From: Phycisphaerales bacterium | GTDB taxonomy: Bacteria > Planctomycetota > Phycisphaerae > Sedimentisphaerales > Anaerobacaceae | Reading direction: 5' to 3' | Assembly (NCBI GenBank): GCA_003170415.1 | Contig: PMZJ01000041.1 | Span: forward strand, 22,520 to 86,519 | Length of the DNA stretch: 64,000 nucleotides | In this document: positions 63,203-64,000 of the stretch, piece after piece | Layout of the letters: each line of letters opens with the position of its first letter | Position numbering within the stretch: position 1 is the stretch's first letter | Position numbers and translations under genes: made by a program | Notes under the pieces: model-generated | Database searches by the model: none | What the model was told of the DNA's origin: nothing | What the model saw: the letters and a program-made list of their open reading frames with translations, nothing else

Positions 63203-64000
63203 ATGTCATTACAAGCCGGTTATGGAGAACGCACTATCAATGAAATAACGCTTTTATTTCGTAATAAACAGATCAACCTTAACCCCGGCTTTCAACGTAA
63301 GTCAGTCTGGAGTCAAATTGATAGGCGTCGCTTGATTCAATCGATTGTTTCTGAATATCCGCTACCGAATATTTTTCTCTACCGAAGAAATGTTAAAGGC
63401 AAGACCGTCTATGATGTTATTGATGGAAAGCAACGACTGGAAACAATTTTGATGTTTATGGGGTTTGGGCAGTTTAAGCGAGAACAATTTGATGTGAGGA
63501 TTGAGTTAGATAATGATGGATTGTGCTGGTGGACATGGAAAGATATTAAAAAATACTCGGATGAAGTAAGACATAAATTCGAATGTTCTCGACTCCAAAC
63601 TGTTGAAGTATCGGGCGAACTATCCGAAATCGTAGATTTATTCGTGCGTATCAATTCGACCGGTAAACGATTAACCTCTGGTGAAAAAAGGCATGCGAGA
63701 TTTTATGAAAGCCGCTTTTTGCAGGAGGCTGAAAAGCTGGTTCGTCGGAATCAGTCATACCTTTTAAAAAACAGTATTATGTCCCAAGCTCAGCTTGGTC
63801 GGATGAAAGGCACAGAACTATTTTCGGAATTGCTAATGTCGATTCACATGGGTGGATTGATTAACAAGAAAACGGCATTAGACCGTGCGATAGGGAATGA
63901 CAGTGTCAATGGTAATACGCTGCGGCATATTTCGAAGGAATTCACAGCTACCATTAATCTTATCAAAAAGATGTATCCAGAATTAAAGCAGACGCGTTTT
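63203..64000 (+). CDS. DUF262 domain protein (GmrSD-like / ParB-like nuclease superfamily), 3' end outside the window
   Basis: AAGGAG lies before ATG 63203. Open for 266 codons to the window edge and absent from the ORF track because it has no stop. Motifs FQRKSVW and VIDGKQRLETI (DGQQR-type). Confidence 0.8.
   Translation, partial: MSLQAGYGERTINEITLLFRNKQINLNPGFQRKSVWSQIDRRRLIQSIVSEYPLPNIFLYRRNVKGKTVYDVIDGKQRLETILMFMGFGQFKREQFDVRIELDNDGLCWWTWKDIKKYSDEVRHKFECSRLQTVEVSGELSEIVDLFVRINSTGKRLTSGEKRHARFYESRFLQEAEKLVRRNQSYLLKNSIMSQAQLGRMKGTELFSELLMSIHMGGLINKKTALDRAIGNDSVNGNTLRHISKEFTATINLIKKMYPELKQTRF

Overview
64-kb bacterial chromosomal window, mostly about 55% GC by spot counts, with several visibly AT-richer accessory patches. 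Gene content suggests Planctomycetota, probably class Phycisphaerae: PEP-CTERM proteins, DUF1573, LamG proteins with the WWKLDE motif, R-A-F-T-L prepilin N-termini and simple-word repeats. This assignment is an inference and was not tested. Order of content: (1) 0.1-8.7 kb housekeeping and envelope genes: ABC-2 transporter pair, S8 protease, CPBP protease, murA, Isf-like flavoprotein, M50 protease, Tat-signal aldo/keto reductase, arfB. (2) 8.7-12.5 kb: an 840-bp gene-free repeat-rich stretch, then an AT-rich three-gene orphan island (AT-hook protein plus two secreted coiled-coil paralogs). (3) 12.5-21.8 kb: second Isf-like flavoprotein, NfeD/ClpP-class protease, addB-addA. (4) 21.8-38.7 kb: seven-blade FG-GAP/dockerin protein, DUF1573 protein, tetraheme cytochrome c, then a co-directional type II secretion cluster gspD-E-F-G plus H/I/J/K/L/M-like genes. 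(5) 39.0-47.6 kb AT-richer island: two paralogous PEP-CTERM genes and an 814-aa FG-GAP/VCBS protein, bracketed by two divergently oriented paralogous TMTC/PMT-like membrane-plus-TPR proteins. (6) 47.7-61.0 kb: trxB, trxA, scpA, DUF2007, trpS, methyltransferase, DUF503, a 1053-aa TPR/CBM9-like/LamG protein, histidine kinase plus OmpR regulator, rho. (7) 61.1-64.0 kb accessory patch: HTH-Doc toxin-antitoxin pair, FlgM-like ORF, a frameshifted small gene, and a DUF262 (GmrSD-like) gene running off the window end. No rRNA, tRNA, CRISPR array, integrase or transposase was recognised. Best candidates for new biology: the PEP-CTERM/TMTC-like/FG-GAP island with its shared promoter and leader architecture; the family of short simple-word repeats that sit between genes and also in frame inside pseudopilin leaders and addA; a minor pseudopilin with a Nu1-like HTH segment; the orphan AT-rich island; and a 37/39-nt inverted repeat pair 54 kb apart. 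All functional calls rest on motif recognition by eye; no database search was run.
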